A DNA stretch of 53,823 nucleotides, filler included, from Squatina squatina (lineage: Eukaryota): assembly GCA_031763465.1 (NCBI GenBank). It is 3 parts of 3 records of this genome, joined end to end, with 100 filler letters (N's around TTAATTAATTAA, not from the genome) between each part and the next. Parts side by side here need not be neighbours in the genome. Positions count along the whole stretch, not along the records: positions 1 to 20,005 come from JARFOE010000192.1; 2 more parts are not named here. The stretch is one strand, 5' to 3'. Positions 1 to 16,345 of this stretch are shown here, one piece after another. Both the position numbers and the translations under genes were made by a program. Within the stretch, counting starts at the first letter, position 1; every line of letters starts with the position of its first letter. Under the pieces are notes generated by a model. The model saw only the letters and a program-made list of their open reading frames with translations, was not told where the DNA came from and did no database searches.

Positions 1-1175
1 GAACTTATATGGCGTACAAAAGGAAGTACGAGAAAAGATCCTCCATGCTCCGCTATAACCACAAACCCTCCTAATCGTTTCCAACAATACCTGTAGACCT
101 ATCATGGGATGCCAAATATGACATAACCCTTCTATAAAAATAACCATTCCTGTTCTCCATTCTAGTGCTGAAATCACTATTAAAATTAATGAAAATGCTT
201 TGTGCAGAGAGTGGATTAGGGTGAATACCGTGATCACTGCAAGAGCAAGAAATATTAAAGGATCAATATTACAGCTGCATCATTAATGGATTTTTTAAAT
301 TGTTGCTGTTAAAATTGCATTGTATGAAATCACTGATTTAAAAACCACACACCCATTTTGTTCGTAGCTCATAAAAAACAAACCAAAAGTCATTATTTTA
401 AGAAAGAGAAAAATCCAGGTCATAGTTTCCAGGTTTCCTATTTGTATATTTTCCTACTGAATGTATATTGCCAGTTTTCTGTCCATGTCCACAGGACCAG
501 TGACACCTACCTGGAAACAACTGAAAACTACCTCCTTAGCCTCAGGTTCAGCAGCAAGGCAGTTACAGACTGCTGCCATCTACTGCAAGGATATCTGCAG
601 CCAACCGCCATCATAGGAACTTCTACATTAGCTTTCCTGCCTCAAATCAAAAGGGTGGATATTGTTCCACTTCACCCCTTTCATGTAAACTACATATTGT
701 ATTGGTGGAGCTTCAATTTGCATTACAGTTTTGTACATTCCCTAACCTCAAATTCACTAGCTGACAACTATTAGAAGAAATTGTAGATTTAAACAGAGAC
801 TCAAGAGACATAAATTGGTTTTGCGAGTGTCACACAACAGGTAATACCTGTTATTATCTCAATTATCGGGGAGCACGGTCAGAATGCTTTAAAATTAGAT
901 TGGTTTCTTTTACCCTGTCGCTGGCACTCCGCCGAGCCCACTGGGTGTGTTTTGAAAGTACGGTACCGTGATATCTATAAATTAGTTTTTCTTTCATGCT
1001 GTTGCACAGCAAGACTGATCATAGATTCTCACGTACTTTCATCTCATTAATGGTCTTCAATTTATGTTTCCAAANNNNNNNNNNNNNNNNNNNNNNNNNN
1101 NNNNNNNNNNNNNNNNNNNNNNNNNNNNNNNNNNNNNNNNNNNNNNNNNNNNNNNNNNNNNNNNNNNNNNNNNNA

Positions 1176-1240
1176 GGCAGCATCTATGGAGAGAAAAACA
1201 GAGTTAACGTTTCGGGTCGATGACCCTTCAGCAGAACTCA
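1176..1240. mobile_element. Short Penelope-like/elasmobranch interspersed repeat fragment
   Basis: AGGCAGCATCTATGGAGAGAAAAACAGAGTTAACGTTTCGGGTCGATGACCCTTC resembles a common shark repeat end containing ACGTTTCG. Recognised from memory only; it abuts a gap. Confidence 0.4.
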
Positions 1241-2774
1241 AGCAGAACTCAAGCATGAAGCATGTTGTAGTTAGTGAGGTGATGGGATGAGGGTCTAGTT
1301 CCCCTTTTTAATGCATAGTGCGGCTTTAACTTACCGATTTCCAATTGTGGCATCTTTTTGACATCAGTTACAATCGAGTTTTCTCTTTTGTTGACCTCAT
1401 TTACAACTGCACCATTTCTGGACCTCATTTACAACTGCATATAAAATATCTGGTGCTACACTTAGCTGTCTCTAAGTTTTACTCCAGAAAGCAAAGTTAT
1501 AAGTTATATTAATGCCAGTAATGCATAACAATGTAGTATGAAGACACAGCTCATTTATCTCAGTTGGATAAAAAATGGATCATATTTGAGCAACATTGTG
1601 TAAATGGTAATTAGGTAAACAGAGTTCTTCTGTATGATTTGGAACATTTAAAGTATTCATGAAAGAAATAATGCAACATTAATCTGTTCATGTCTATACA
1701 TGCTGTTGTTATTTTTTAGTGCATCTAAGATGGTGTCAAAATTAAATTTAGCATGATGTGTTACAGTCCATTCCATAATGAAAGCATTTATCTTTATTCC
1801 AGCAATGATGTTGGAAGGATGAATATTAAAGAGATATTTTTTACTCTGGATTACAAATGATTAAAAACAGTGCTGCTTCTGAGAAACAGTCTGAACAACA
1901 TCTTCCCTCCTGTATGCTTCAATGGGCAAGGCTGCTGGTAATTGGGGTAGAACATAGAATGACTTATTGACTGGCTGTTAGTAATGTCTCTTCCTGCAAA
2001 ATATTCTGATTTCACTCACTTGATTGGCACCTAATTTGCTGGTGGCTGTAATAGATCATTTTTATTCTGATTGTAAGACTACATTATCCAACCAAAATAT
2101 GTGTTGGCCTCGAAGTTGCAGTGGGTAACAATGTTGAACAAACAGTGTTCACTGTTATTACCCCTTTGGAATTGATTGCAACTTCAGGATGTAGTGCATG
2201 CACATCTAAACACGGAAATCCTGAAGTTGGGGTCAGTCAATCACTGTTTGACATTGGCTACACTGTGCCACCCGCCCCGCCATAGTAAGCAGTGAAACTG
2301 ATGAAAACATGGGCTTTTCAATGGTAATATCGCTGTTAAATACCCCATTAAATGTTAGGTCTTGTTAGATTAGGTGTAACTGGGGTTTTAACAGTGTATT
2401 GACTGCTAAACAAGTGTTGTGGCCCTGTAAAACTAATTTTAATTTTGTGGAGTGTCAAATTTCTCCATTATGATAAAAATTACAATTTTTAGAAGCCCCT
2501 TAAATTATTTAAAAAATATATTTCTTTAAAGTTTGTTCATATATATTTCAGGTTTACCTTTGCCCCTTGTGAGAGCCCCAAACTTTGTTANNNNNNNNNN
2601 NNNNNNNNNNNNNNNNNNNNNNNNNNNNNNNNNNNNNNNNNNNNNNNNNNNNNNNNNNNNNNNNNNNNNNNNNNNNNNNNNNNNNNNNNNACCAGACAGT
2701 TCAGGCTTTTCCTTGGGGTTTCATTTTAAAAGTCCATTAATAAAAATGTCCAAAAGCTGGTGCTACAGTCAAGA

Positions 2775-2872
2775 CCTGGAAGGTGGGAATAGGTTGGATA
2801 GCTCTTTTATGGCTGGCACGGATATGGTGGGCTGAATAATCTCCTTCTGTGCCATAAATTTCTATGATTCTA
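2775..2872 (+). mobile_element. CR1-type LINE 3' tail fragment
   Basis: GGATAGCTCTTT...GGCACGGATATGGTGGGCTGAAT...CCTTCTGTGCC...TTCTATGATTCTA: typical CR1 3' UTR ending in a short-repeat tail. Confidence 0.55.
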
Positions 2873-5509
2873 AATGAATGCAAGTTGCTGTTTTATCATG
2901 TTGCAGAAATATTTTACATGCTTTATCAGATCATGGATTGATGCAGAGTACATGCCATACCACAGATGCATCATACTTGCAGATACATATTGAAACAATT
3001 ATATGGACAATTAAGCAGTTCTATACATTTGAATGGATTTGTACAGTGACAGGGCCAGAGCCATCCCTTATGTTCAAGACTATCTCAGTGTTTATTTCTA
3101 CCCTACAGGCACCTTTCTCTTTTGCTTCATTTTTATCCTATTCTCCGAACAGAGGGTTTTTCTCTCTTTTGGCATTTTTCATTCTTCATTGATTGAGGAT
3201 AAGTCCGGTGTTTTTCTTTCAATTGTTAGAAGCTTTTACTGTATTTTTCTCGGTGAGATTTACTCTTTCTATTTGTGATAGGCAGCAATTCGCCCATTTT
3301 CATTTTTAAAATATTTTTTTCAATTTTTTTCCACTTTTGCTAATCCCTGCATAATATTATACGTTCTTTCATGAAAATTAATTGAAAATCTCCCCGTCAT
3401 CTTTATTTGGCTTAAAATATAAATGCAGCGATAGGGAGTCAGATTCCTAATATAGATAAAGCTTCAGTCAAAAAACTACATTATTTGGGAGTCCAGAAAG
3501 CTGCATATCACAAAATGTAATACAAGTTTTCCTAATAGAGCATTAATCCCAGGTTGCTGTCTTCAGCTTTGAGAACCTTCCTTCAAACACAGTTAAGAGA
3601 CTGGTGATGATATCACTCTTCTATTACTGCTGTTTAGGATCTAATGAATTTGAGTGCCAGGAGATCAGTGGCAAATTGAAGGGAGCTCACAGTATGAGAC
3701 TGTGGTGTAGCACCTAAGCAAAGCAAACCTGTTATGATTCTTAAACCCGGCATTTACTTTTGAAGGGTGTATGTTGGAAAGAAGGGCTGTATGACTGAAC
3801 TTAAAATCAGATTTAAGGCAGTAAGTTCTGAAATAAGTTTGAAATGTAGAGTGAAAAGGGTTAGCACATGCCAGAAACAACTGGTCGTATAAATATTTAT
3901 TACTGAAGAGCAAGTGTTGAGCAGTACCCCTTTTAAAAATCCGCCACATTGTTTGAAGTGTTGATTTGATCAGTGCCCATGTGCTATATAATATTTTCTT
4001 GGCCTTAATGCATTAAGCAACATATAAAGACAGCTGGTGTACAATATGCCAAACACCCTAAATGGCAGATTGCTACTTGCCTGCAAGATATGATTCTGGA
4101 AAATGCGCTATCCCTGAAGAGCTGCACACAGTAAATTAGTTTCATATATCAGTCTGATACCTATTATTACTGTAAACTTAGCTCAACAAGCAGCTGCAAA
4201 GGAATCTCTGCAAGGAGTAGAATGAAGATTGTAAATCATATGCCGACCAATTATGCCATGTTAGTGCTCCTGAAGGTCACTGCAGCAATCACCCTCTGTG
4301 CCATTCAAATCCCAGCTGGTGCTACGACAGACAACAATGAGACATCACCATTTTAGAAACACTACTGCATCTTTTGAGAGGTCTATACATTTGCTTTCCA
4401 GCAATTGAGCATGAAAAAGCAAGGGTGAAATAGGAGGGTACTTCAAATTGCAACATGTTGTGTCCCATCGATCGTGCTCACTTGACCTCAGAGCAGATTC
4501 ACTCAATTAGATCACCTTTAGAATCAAGGACCTAGAAATTGGATTGCGCCCAAATCAGGGTGTGATCCCAGTGCTGTGCATGCTGAACACGCCTAACGTG
4601 GCTAGTGGCAGGAATGCGGCAAATTGATCTGGTAGCCTCATTAAGATAGTACCAGCGAGCTGCAAGCACCATGCGCGGCCCCAGAGACAGCTCGCCGTTC
4701 CAAGTGGAGAAGCAAGATTAGCCAGTTAGGACGTCAGCTGAGGGGCTGAGGGAAGCCCAGGGGGTGAGTTGTACCTGCAGCGGCCCACAGTTGTAATGTA
4801 GAGCCAGGAGGACTGCTGCTACTCTGCATGGCTCCACAGGTTTGACAAATCTTACCTCTTTTGTGGTGGTCTCCAGTGGTCCCTTTAAGGACCGCTGGCT
4901 AGGCCACATGTAGACCTGTGCATGTTTACTGCATTCAGGGCAAACAAATTTCTGGTTTGGGTCCTAAAGCAGCAGTTAGGCCTCTTACTAGCATATTCAC
5001 GGGGCCTAACGTCTGTTTTAAGTGGCTGTCAGGGTCGCCTCTACCCGAACCAATATGGCGTCAGATGTCTTTCTGAGGCTGTTCAAGCATTGAAGATTGG
5101 CCCCAGAATTGGACCTCTTTGCATTTGTTTTCTGCCTGGAAACAGGTGTAGCGAGATTAAGTTTACGTAGTGTATGTCCCAGGAGCATGAAAAACACGTG
5201 AGTTGTTGAGAAGGGAAATTCTGAGTTATAGAGGCAGAACTGCCTGATTTTTTTTCCAGGGGAGGTAGGGAAGGAAACTAATATTACTTAATTTAAAACA
5301 TCAACAGTTGATGGTGGTGGGGACACCCATAAGATATTAGTCATGCATGGGTTCTGGTTGGCATGATTGCAATAGCTTGAATGCCTTTTCCCTGATCAGA
5401 ACTTCCTTATATTCTTCTTACCGAAAGTTTAAATTATCTGGACTCTGTCGCATTCCCTAGAAAAGAATTTTGCCAGTAGCAAAAGCTCAGGAAGGAAGAG
5501 AAGGATAAA

Positions 5510-5890
5510 TCAAGTAACTATGGATCAGTTTGTTGAACATCACTTTTGGGCAAGTTCTTAAAATCCATAATTCAAATTAAAATTAGTGAGCATTGAGAAA
5601 GGCATGGGCAAATCAAGGACATCCATCACAGATAAAGGCAAGTCATGTTTTACAATTGTAATAGGGTTTTTTGAAGAAGTGATTGATTGGATTGATAAAG
5701 AGAATGCAGTAGATGTAATGCATAGGAAATTTTGGAAGGTGTTCAATAAGGTGTCTCAAAAGGGTGTAAAAAAAATTCAGGTGTATGGTATAAGAGGAAT
5801 TTTAGTTGCATAGATGGACCGTTGATCTATGGACAGGGGAAAAGAGTTAGGGTAAGTAGGTGTTTCTTGGATTGGAGAAGGGTTGGAGGA
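5510..5890 (+). mobile_element. Degenerate CR1 LINE reverse-transcriptase fragment
   Basis: ORF 5586-5813 reads KGKSCFTIVIGFFEEVIDWIDKENAVDVMHRKFWKVFNKVS, a decayed CR1 RT motif (KGKSCLTNLIEFFEEV...AVDVVYMDFQKAFDKVPH). Confidence 0.75.
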
Positions 5891-8318
5891 GGTATACCCC
5901 AGTATATACGAATATGAGTATTGAGATAACATGCCCAACGATGATGTACATTACTCATTTTTCATTTATTAATNNNNNNNNNNNNNNNNNNNNNNNNNNN
6001 NNNNNNNNNNNNNNNNNNNNNNNNNNNNNNNNNNNNNNNNNNNNNNNNNNNNNNNNNNNNNNNNNNNNNNNNNGAGTTCAGCTTTTTGTTTTCTCCTTAA
6101 ATAAAAAAACCATTAGTTCAAGACGGCCTGAGACATGCTACTTAATGTCATTGAACAGTCAAGATGTTTCTACCTCATTTCCCAAGCATTAGCTATGGGT
6201 CAATGCATTTTATCTTCAGATCAGCTGTACCCTTATCCATAAGCATTCTCTTGCACACGAGCATTCCTTCACATGGCCCATTAAATAGAGTATGACATTA
6301 CTATTGATAAAACCAATCTTAGTGCAAATATTTGTCACTCATGTTGAATGTTACTGTGTTTCTGTGTAGACATTTCATTCACACTATAGCTTCAAATGCA
6401 ATTCCAGTGCGTGAGATGAACATAACTTTAGAATGGAATTTAAATAATCTCAACTTCAATTCAGTAACTGCTTCAGTTACATGAGCCTTAAAACTAGGTA
6501 GTTCGCAGCAAAGTCACAGCATGACCCTACTAACACATGATTTAATTTTTTTGATTTGAGATTAGCCAGCAGCAATGAGCAAGATCAATTTGAAGCAGAA
6601 AATGGAAAGAATACAAAACTGAATCATTTCAAATTTCATGCAATATTTATGACAGTGAGGCAGAGGTTAAATCATAAAGTGACTGAGACTCAGCACTTTA
6701 CATATAGATTTATATGAATAAAAAGTACAATGCTGAAAAACATAGCTTAATAATTGTTTTAGCTTTAATATGCTGACTTTCTAGCTTTCCACTGATTCTA
6801 ACTTAAATTGATTAATTGATCAAGTACTAAACAATTTCTTAAAAATCCAGGTACAGCAGAGTTTGGTGGATTTTGAACTGCATTAGATTTGGTATGCTTA
6901 TAGCATAGTGAGGAATAAAGCTTGAATTCGCAATGGTATTTGACAGCATTTGCCCATATTCAATAAAGCTGCATCAATTTTAAATGCATTAGTTCAGGGT
7001 AAAACAGGATAAACGATTTCCTCAGCACAATAAAATAGATGGTTTGCTGTCATAGCCCACCAGAAAATAGTCAAAGCAGTATGTTTTTTGCCCCTCTTAT
7101 TTTTGTGCCCACCAAGGTGAGGGATGTCAGTCCAGGGAATAGAACTTTCTCCAGTTCTCACACCCCATTGTCATCATCAAGAACAGCCAGATACAGAGGA
7201 AAGCTCTCTATTCTCAACAACAACCTCTTGTATTTATATAACACCTTTGATGCAGAAAAACATTCCAAGTTGCCTTACAGTGACAGGATCAGACAAAAAA
7301 TGGACACTGCACCAAAGGAGAGAAAAGGCTGCCCAACTACATGCCTCAACCCCAACCCGAACTCTCCCTACTGTACCAATGTGACATCTTTNNNNNNNNN
7401 NNNNNNNNNNNNNNNNNNNNNNNNNNNNNNNNNNNNNNNNNNNNNNNNNNNNNNNNNNNNNNNNNNNNNNNNNNNNNNNNNNNNNNNNNNNATATTCCTG
7501 GTTGGGAGAGTATAATACAGATTTTTACTACTAAAGTACAGTGCTTTCCTGCAGTGACTTTATTTACATTAGGAACTACGTTATATACAATATCATTAGT
7601 TGATAGAACCAAATTTATTATGGAAAAATATTATTGCATTATACAGTACTATAATCCCATTTTATATGGAAAAACCTAACAAAGCAGCACTGGATGTACA
7701 GTATTCAGTGCAATTCTATCCACTCACACTGTACTCTGCTTTTTTACACAAAATACAAATGCTTTAAAGATTACATTTTTCAAGTTAACCAAAAGTCTAA
7801 AGACCTATTAACAGCATAAAATACGAATGTAATACATTCAAGTTAACTAAGAGACAGCATATCTGGAAAACAGTTATATGGAAAGTGGGATATAAATCCA
7901 TACTTTAACACCTTGGATTTGAAGCGTTTAAAATAATGAAAACGGATTGATGACCCCAGTGTTCTACTGAAAGACTGCTCTATCCTAAGGGCAATTTTGA
8001 GGAAACCAACTGGAAAATACCATGACATTTCACATAATTATTGTTAGTACTAAGGCAGATGGAATCTATGACTATTATAATGCACAGGGCATTGAGTGTC
8101 ATCAACTAAAAACTTCATTCAAAAAAAGCTAAACTCTGACAAGAACCCACATAGAATACTTCAGCTCAGAAAGATCAATCAAAGACTTTGAGACAACGAC
8201 TTTTATAGCATGTCCTTTTGGCTGTCCAGTGTACACATGTTGCCACATGAATGAACCGAAGTATTTAAGATTATTCTTAACATTTTATTCATTATATTTT
8301 TCTTCCTAGCGCTTTGTC

Positions 8319-10516
<2,198 letters not shown>

Positions 10517-12002
10517 NNNNNNNNNNNNNNNNNNNNNNNNNNNNNNNNNNNNNNNNNNNNNNNNNNNNNNNNNNNNNNNNNNNNNNNNNNNNNNNNNNNN
10601 NNNNNNNNNNNNNNNNNNNNNNNNNNNNNNNNNNNNNNNNNNNNNNNNNNNNNNNNNNNNNNNNNNNNNNNNNNNNNNNNNNNNNNNNNNNNNNNNNNNN
10701 NNNNNNNNNNNNNNNNNNNNNNNNNNNNNNNNNNNNNNNNNNNNNNNNNNNNNNNNNNNNNNNNNNNNNNNNNNNNNNNNNNNNNNNNNNNNNNNNNNNN
10801 NNNNNNNNNNNNNNNNNNNNNNNNNNNNNNNNNNNNNNNNNNNNNNNNNNNNNNNNNNNNNNNNNNNNNNNNNNNNNNNNNNNNNNNNNNNNNNNNNNNN
10901 NNNNNNNNNNNNNNNNNNNNNNNNNNNNNNNNNNNNNNNNNNNNNNNNNNNNNNNNNNNNNNNNNNNNNNNNNNNNNNNNNNNNNNNNNNNNNNNNNNNN
11001 NNNNNNNNNNNNNNNNNNNNNNNNNNNNNNNNNNNNNNNNNNNNNNNNNNNNNNNNNNNNNNNNNNNNNNNNNNNNNNNNNNNNNNNNNNNNNNNNNNNN
11101 NNNNNNNNNNNNNNNNNNNNNNNNNNNNNNNNNNNNNNNNNNNNNNNNNNNNNNNNNNNNNNNNNNNNNNNNNNNNNNNNNNNNNNNNNNNNNNNNNNNN
11201 NNNNNNNNNNNNNNNNNNNNNNNNNNNNNNNNNNNNNNNNNNNNNNNNNNNNNNNNNNNNNNNNNNNNNNNNNNNNNNNNNNNNNNNNNNNNNNNNNNNN
11301 NNNNNNNNNNNNNNNNNNNNNNNNNNNNNNNNNNNNNNNNNNNNNNNNNNNNNNNNNNNNNNNNNNNNNNNNNNNAAAAAGTGCTAAAAAAAAAAGGAAG
11401 CTAATATGAAGCCTACATCTTTGTAAATATGAAGCCGGTGCCAAGGTACGGAAGCAATACCCAATGCCATGCTGTACTTTATCATATGTTAAGTGAATGT
11501 TAGATCCGGGCTATACTGGTAGCTTGATGAACAAGGCAGCAATGCGCTGAGGGCCCTGAAACCTGATGGGTGAGGCGATTTGCAGACAACTCCAAAAATA
11601 GCAGTTCTCCCCTCTAACTGCAATATAAACACTGCCATCGATGCCAGCAATGCTTTATGCCACTGGGTCACTAAGCCGTGTGCAATAACAAATTTGAATC
11701 TCAGCTATTGGGGATGCTGAGTCACAATCTAAAACTGTGCAAACTCAAACACTGGTCCTTTTCCTGAATCAGCTGCAATCAAACACACATGAATGGGGCA
11801 CTAGGATGCAGTATTGCAAATGTGCAACTTAAAGTGGGGCTGCAATAAAAGTATGCAAGGTTCAGCTAATGTCCCAGTTCATGCTCTTAAGCCTTCTGAG
11901 CAATGACATAAGCAGGCAAATGCAGTTACATGTTGCTGTTGAGACTGGAACTCTATATACTTGCACTCAAACCATGCACAAGGCACTTCTCAGAGGTCTC
12001 TT

Positions 12003-12216
12003 TCAGCAAGTGAAATTTCCCAGGATAAAAAACTGACCAGACTGACAGCTATTTTCCAGATTTTTTTTCAGTGCCTCTCCTTTTTTGAATGAGGCCCTGG
12101 TATTGCTCTTTCTTCCGCTATCTCTGCCTTTCGCAATGGATCCAGCAGTAGCTCTTTTTGAGTGACTGTCAATGGCCACTGTTGTAGGTTTGAACATGGG
12201 GCCACTTCCTGGCGCA
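12003..12216 (-). CDS. ZNF804B: ZNF804/GPATCH8-family gene, start of terminal large exon
   Basis: Acceptor ttttacacAG (12217-12218) is followed by (C)APGSGPMFKPTTVAID, the family motif that opens the last exon. The frame hits TGA at 12003-12005, so the true end of homology is uncertain. Confidence 0.7.
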
Positions 12217-15200
12217 CTGTGTAAAACCAAACAAAATGTGTGATAAGTTAGCTTGTAATAACAAGTGAGGTTAAAGTGCAAAAGGTAACTTCATTTAATT
12301 TGATTCCTTTATTTGGATAACTATTTAGATTTTTTATAATTTCAATTTCTTTGGGTATTCCGGTAACCAATAATTATGAAGAAAATTCGCGAAATGATCA
12401 TTGCTTTATATAAAAATGCTTCAAGGTCTATACATTGTGTAATAAATATAAGCTAATAGATGCAATTAGTGAATATTATTTTGTACCAGTGCACCAAAAA
12501 GAGATGTGTGTGATTTATGACTGCACCATAAGAATATCCCAGTCCCAGTTTAACAGAAACACATGACTGGTAGACCTGCTACAACCTTCATAGAATGAAA
12601 CAACAATTTTTATTGCTTCAAGTTTCACACTGAGCATATTGGGCTCATTTACAGTATTCCCACAATGACTGAGCTTTACCTTGACATAACAATGTTGCTT
12701 TAGCTAATTTCCTGTATCAGTGGGGGATTATTATTCACAACCCACCTCCAATCAGAAGCTCATGTTACATTATTAAGCTGCTGTCCAGGACTTTTCCATT
12801 GATTAACCAACTCCCAAGTGAAAATGACTGCAAATTGGGTACATTACTTTTGGTTCACTTCAGGGCATTCTGCACATTACCTGATGTCTGCATAAAGGAG
12901 TGAAAGGTGAAAGAAGACTATCTCCACAACTACTTGTATGTGATGAATTTCGATTGAAAAGGGATACAGAAAAAAGCTCAGGGAACTGAAATAGCAGTCA
13001 ATTATCTAGACATCAGTTAATTAGATAGTTAACTGAGCAAGAAATAACTGATGCAAGATTTATAATACTATATCAAAGGACCTTTCACTCGTACTGTTCT
13101 GAATACCTACTTAATTGCATAATTAGTAACTTTTGGGCATCTTATGCAAGTAATGATAAGGTTTTACATTGTACTGTTACCATTTTTATCAACATGAAAG
13201 GCAATAAGACTGCAAAGCGTATAAATTTAAATGCACAATCTGTATTGGTTCAAAGTCAATGCAATATTCATTACTTTCTGCTGTAACTATCACCCTATTG
13301 CCATTGCATTNNNNNNNNNNNNNNNNNNNNNNNNNNNNNNNNNNNNNNNNNNNNNNNNNNNNNNNNNNNNNNNNNNNNNNNNNNNNNNNNNNNNNNNNNN
13401 NNNNNNNNNNCCACTAGAGGGCTCTACAACAGGAAGAATTTAAAGATGGTCCAGCAGGGAAGTGAATTGAATTAAATGAACATTAGGTACTTTACTTCAA
13501 TCTGCTATGATCTCCAACTGTGTAGAAACTGATCATTAATCATGGAAGTAAACTCAATAATATCTTTCTATCAACATAAAAATCTTTTTGTAAATGCCAT
13601 TGTATACTGAGACCAAGTACTGTGCTGTTTGTTACTGGAATCACTGACAACAACACAACAAACAATCAAATTAAATGCCACAAACAAAAGAGCATGTGAT
13701 ATGTAAAAACAAACACTCAAGTGTTAGTTGAAGGCTGTAAGGTAATCTAAGGATTATGAGGATGAAAATTATAAAGTGTTTGGGCTTTGTTTTGCATATC
13801 ATCTGAATGCTAAGATTGAATGATAACAGTATAATTCATTTTGGTATTTTTTTTATCAAATGTACTCTTGGGGTATATCTCAATATAGTTGTATACATTT
13901 TGCAGCACTTTTTCCCATCAATGAATTAATATTGATATTCTCTAATGGAATATATGGCAAACATTTAAAATTCTACTCCATATTCCATTTCTTTTTCCTT
14001 GCTTATTCACTGCTCTTCACATGGTACACAGATACATTATTTTATTAAATTTTGACTTCAAAGAATTTTTAGCTGGAATGCACAATTCAGTCCCTTGAAG
14101 TCTTTTGACTTTAATAAGACTATTCATGAGTCATTCTCTCTAACCTGAGGCAATATATATTCAATTCATGTTAAAAGCATGAAGGAATGGCTAACCTACA
14201 CTCAGGAAGCTCTAGCTGGAGAAGTCAGTGGCATCCCCAATTCCCCCGGGCACTATGCTATTCTGTGGAAGACAGTGCAGCAGAAATTCTCATCCAATTT
14301 TAAAAGCGGGACCTTGGATTTTACCCAAAATAATTAAACTCATGGGGAGCATTAAATAACTTTATGTACGTAGTGAGATGTATCACAACAGCAGCTTCAA
14401 AAGAACACATAGGAACAAGTAGGAATTAAAACAATCAGTTCCCCAATGGCTGAGTTGGTAAATGCATCATCAACCATGACACTGAGCCGAGAGAGCAGAG
14501 AGACAGAGCAAAGAGAGCTGGGGCGATTTGGCCAAGTNNNNNNNNNNNNNNNNNNNNNNNNNNNNNNNNNNNNNNNNNNNNNNNNNNNNNNNNNNNNNNN
14601 NNNNNNNNNNNNNNNNNNNNNNNNNNNNNNNNNNNNNNNNNNNNNNNNNNNNNNNNNNNNNNNNNNNNNNNNNNNNNNNNNNNNNNNNNNNNNNNNNNNN
14701 NNNNNNNNNNNNNNNNNNNNNNNNNNNNNNNNNNNNNNNNNNNNNNNNNNNNNNNNNNNNNNNNNNNNNNNNNNNNNNNNNNNNNNNNNNNNNNNNNNNN
14801 NNNNNNNNNNNNNNNNNNNNNNNNNNNNNNNNNNNNNNNNNNNNNNNNNNNNNNNNNNNNNNNNNNNNNNNNNNNNNNNNNNNNNNNNNNNNNNNNNNNN
14901 NNNNNNNNNNNNNNNNNNNNNNNNNNNNNNNNNNNNNNNNNNNNNNNNNNNNNNNNNNNNNNNNNNNNNNNNNNNNNNNNNNNNNNNNNNNNNNNNNNNN
15001 NNNNNNNNNNNNNNNNNNNNNNNNNNNNNNNNNNNNNNNNNNNNNNNNNNNNNNNNNNNNNNNNNNNNNNNNNNNNNNNNNNNNNNNNNNNNNNNNNNNN
15101 NNNNNNNNNNNNNNNNNNNNNNNNNNNNNNNNNNNNNNNNNNNNNNNNNNNNNNNNNNNNNNNNNNNNNNNNNNNNNNNNNNNNNNNNNNNNNNNNNNNN

Positions 15201-16060
15201 NNNNNNNNNNNNNNNNNNNNNNNNNNNNNNNNNNNNNNNNNNNNNNNNNNNNNNNNNNNNNNNNNNNNNNNNNNNNNNNNNNNNNNNNNNNNNNNNNNNN
15301 NNNNNNNNNNNNNNNNNNNNNNNNNNNNNNNNNNNNNNNNNNNNNNNNNNNNNNNNNNNNNNNNNNNNNNNNNNNNNNNNNNNNNNNNNNNNNNNNNNNN
15401 NNNNNGGGGGGTTGGTGGAGGGCCGTGAATGTAGCCTGAAGGTACCAGAGAGAGTTATAGACTAAACTCTTTTCTCAACAGGGAGAGGATGCTACAAAAT
15501 CTGATAAAACATCCTTGGACACAGGGCAACAGAGTTAGCTAGAATTGGAATACCTCTATAGCAGAGGCTATAAGGTGAAAACAATGGAGGAATCAGGCGC
15601 AAGATTGTAGAATGCTGTGTAATAAACCAGCAAGAAGGTTTTCTACGAGATTGCCATCGAACTTGTGACGTGCCCCTTGGGTATTAGTACCTTGGGATAG
15701 TATATTAGAGTTGTAACCAGTAAGGCTGGAATTTCTGGATGGATATATAATTGTGTGCATTCCCCTGAATATAAAACCCCTCAGCATATTAGCACTCCTG
15801 AAAGGATAGGTAACCTCTAGGCAATGAAAATCAATAAAACAGTAATTTAAAAGAACATGAGGACAAAAAGTACTGGGCAAGAATTTCATCCAGCTACAAT
15901 CACACTACTGCAGTAGTTTTTCTCACAGAATAATCATGAGATCTAAGGGTGGATTTTAACNNNNNNNNNNNNNNNNNNNNNNNNNNNNNNNNNNNNNNNN
16001 NNNNNNNNNNNNNNNNNNNNNNNNNNNNNNNNNNNNNNNNNNNNNNNNNNNNNNNNNNNN

Positions 16061-16345
16061 TTTTTATCTTCAAGCACTCTTTTCCTCAGGTGGCCGAAGG
16101 CTGTGCTGGCACACTGGAGGTGGTGTTGGATTTCACCGTCTAGGTCTACCCTCATTGACAGGAGGCTCCCAAGGTATGGAAAGTGATTCACGTTGTCCAG
16201 GGGCTCGCTGTGGATCTTAATAGTTAGGGGGCAGTATTGTGCGGAGGGAGCAGATTGGTAAAGGACCTTTGCCTTTCAGGTGTTTAGCGTAAGGCCCATT
16301 CTCTCGTACACCTCAGTGAGTGAATCGACGATGGTTTGGGGCTCA
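16061..16345 (-). mobile_element. RTE-clade LINE reverse-transcriptase C-terminal fragment
   Basis: Minus strand reads QTIVDSLTEVYERMGLTLNT*...VNHFPYLGSLLSMRVDLDGEIQHHLQCASTAFGHLRKRVLEDK, matching the RTE-type GL.IN..KT / F.YLGS / EI..R...A..AFG.L motifs, with an internal stop. Confidence 0.8.

Noticed and set aside
1-800. Short open frames at the window start and ORF 358-774
   Set aside because: No recognisable homology and no convincing exon boundaries.
1393-1439. 19-bp direct repeat GACCTCATTTACAACTGCA
   Set aside because: Only two copies; an ordinary local duplication with no supporting context.
12003-12281. 92-aa ORF as a standalone gene
   Set aside because: Its first part is intron (polypyrimidine tract and AG at 12217-12218); only the part from APGSGPMF is exon.
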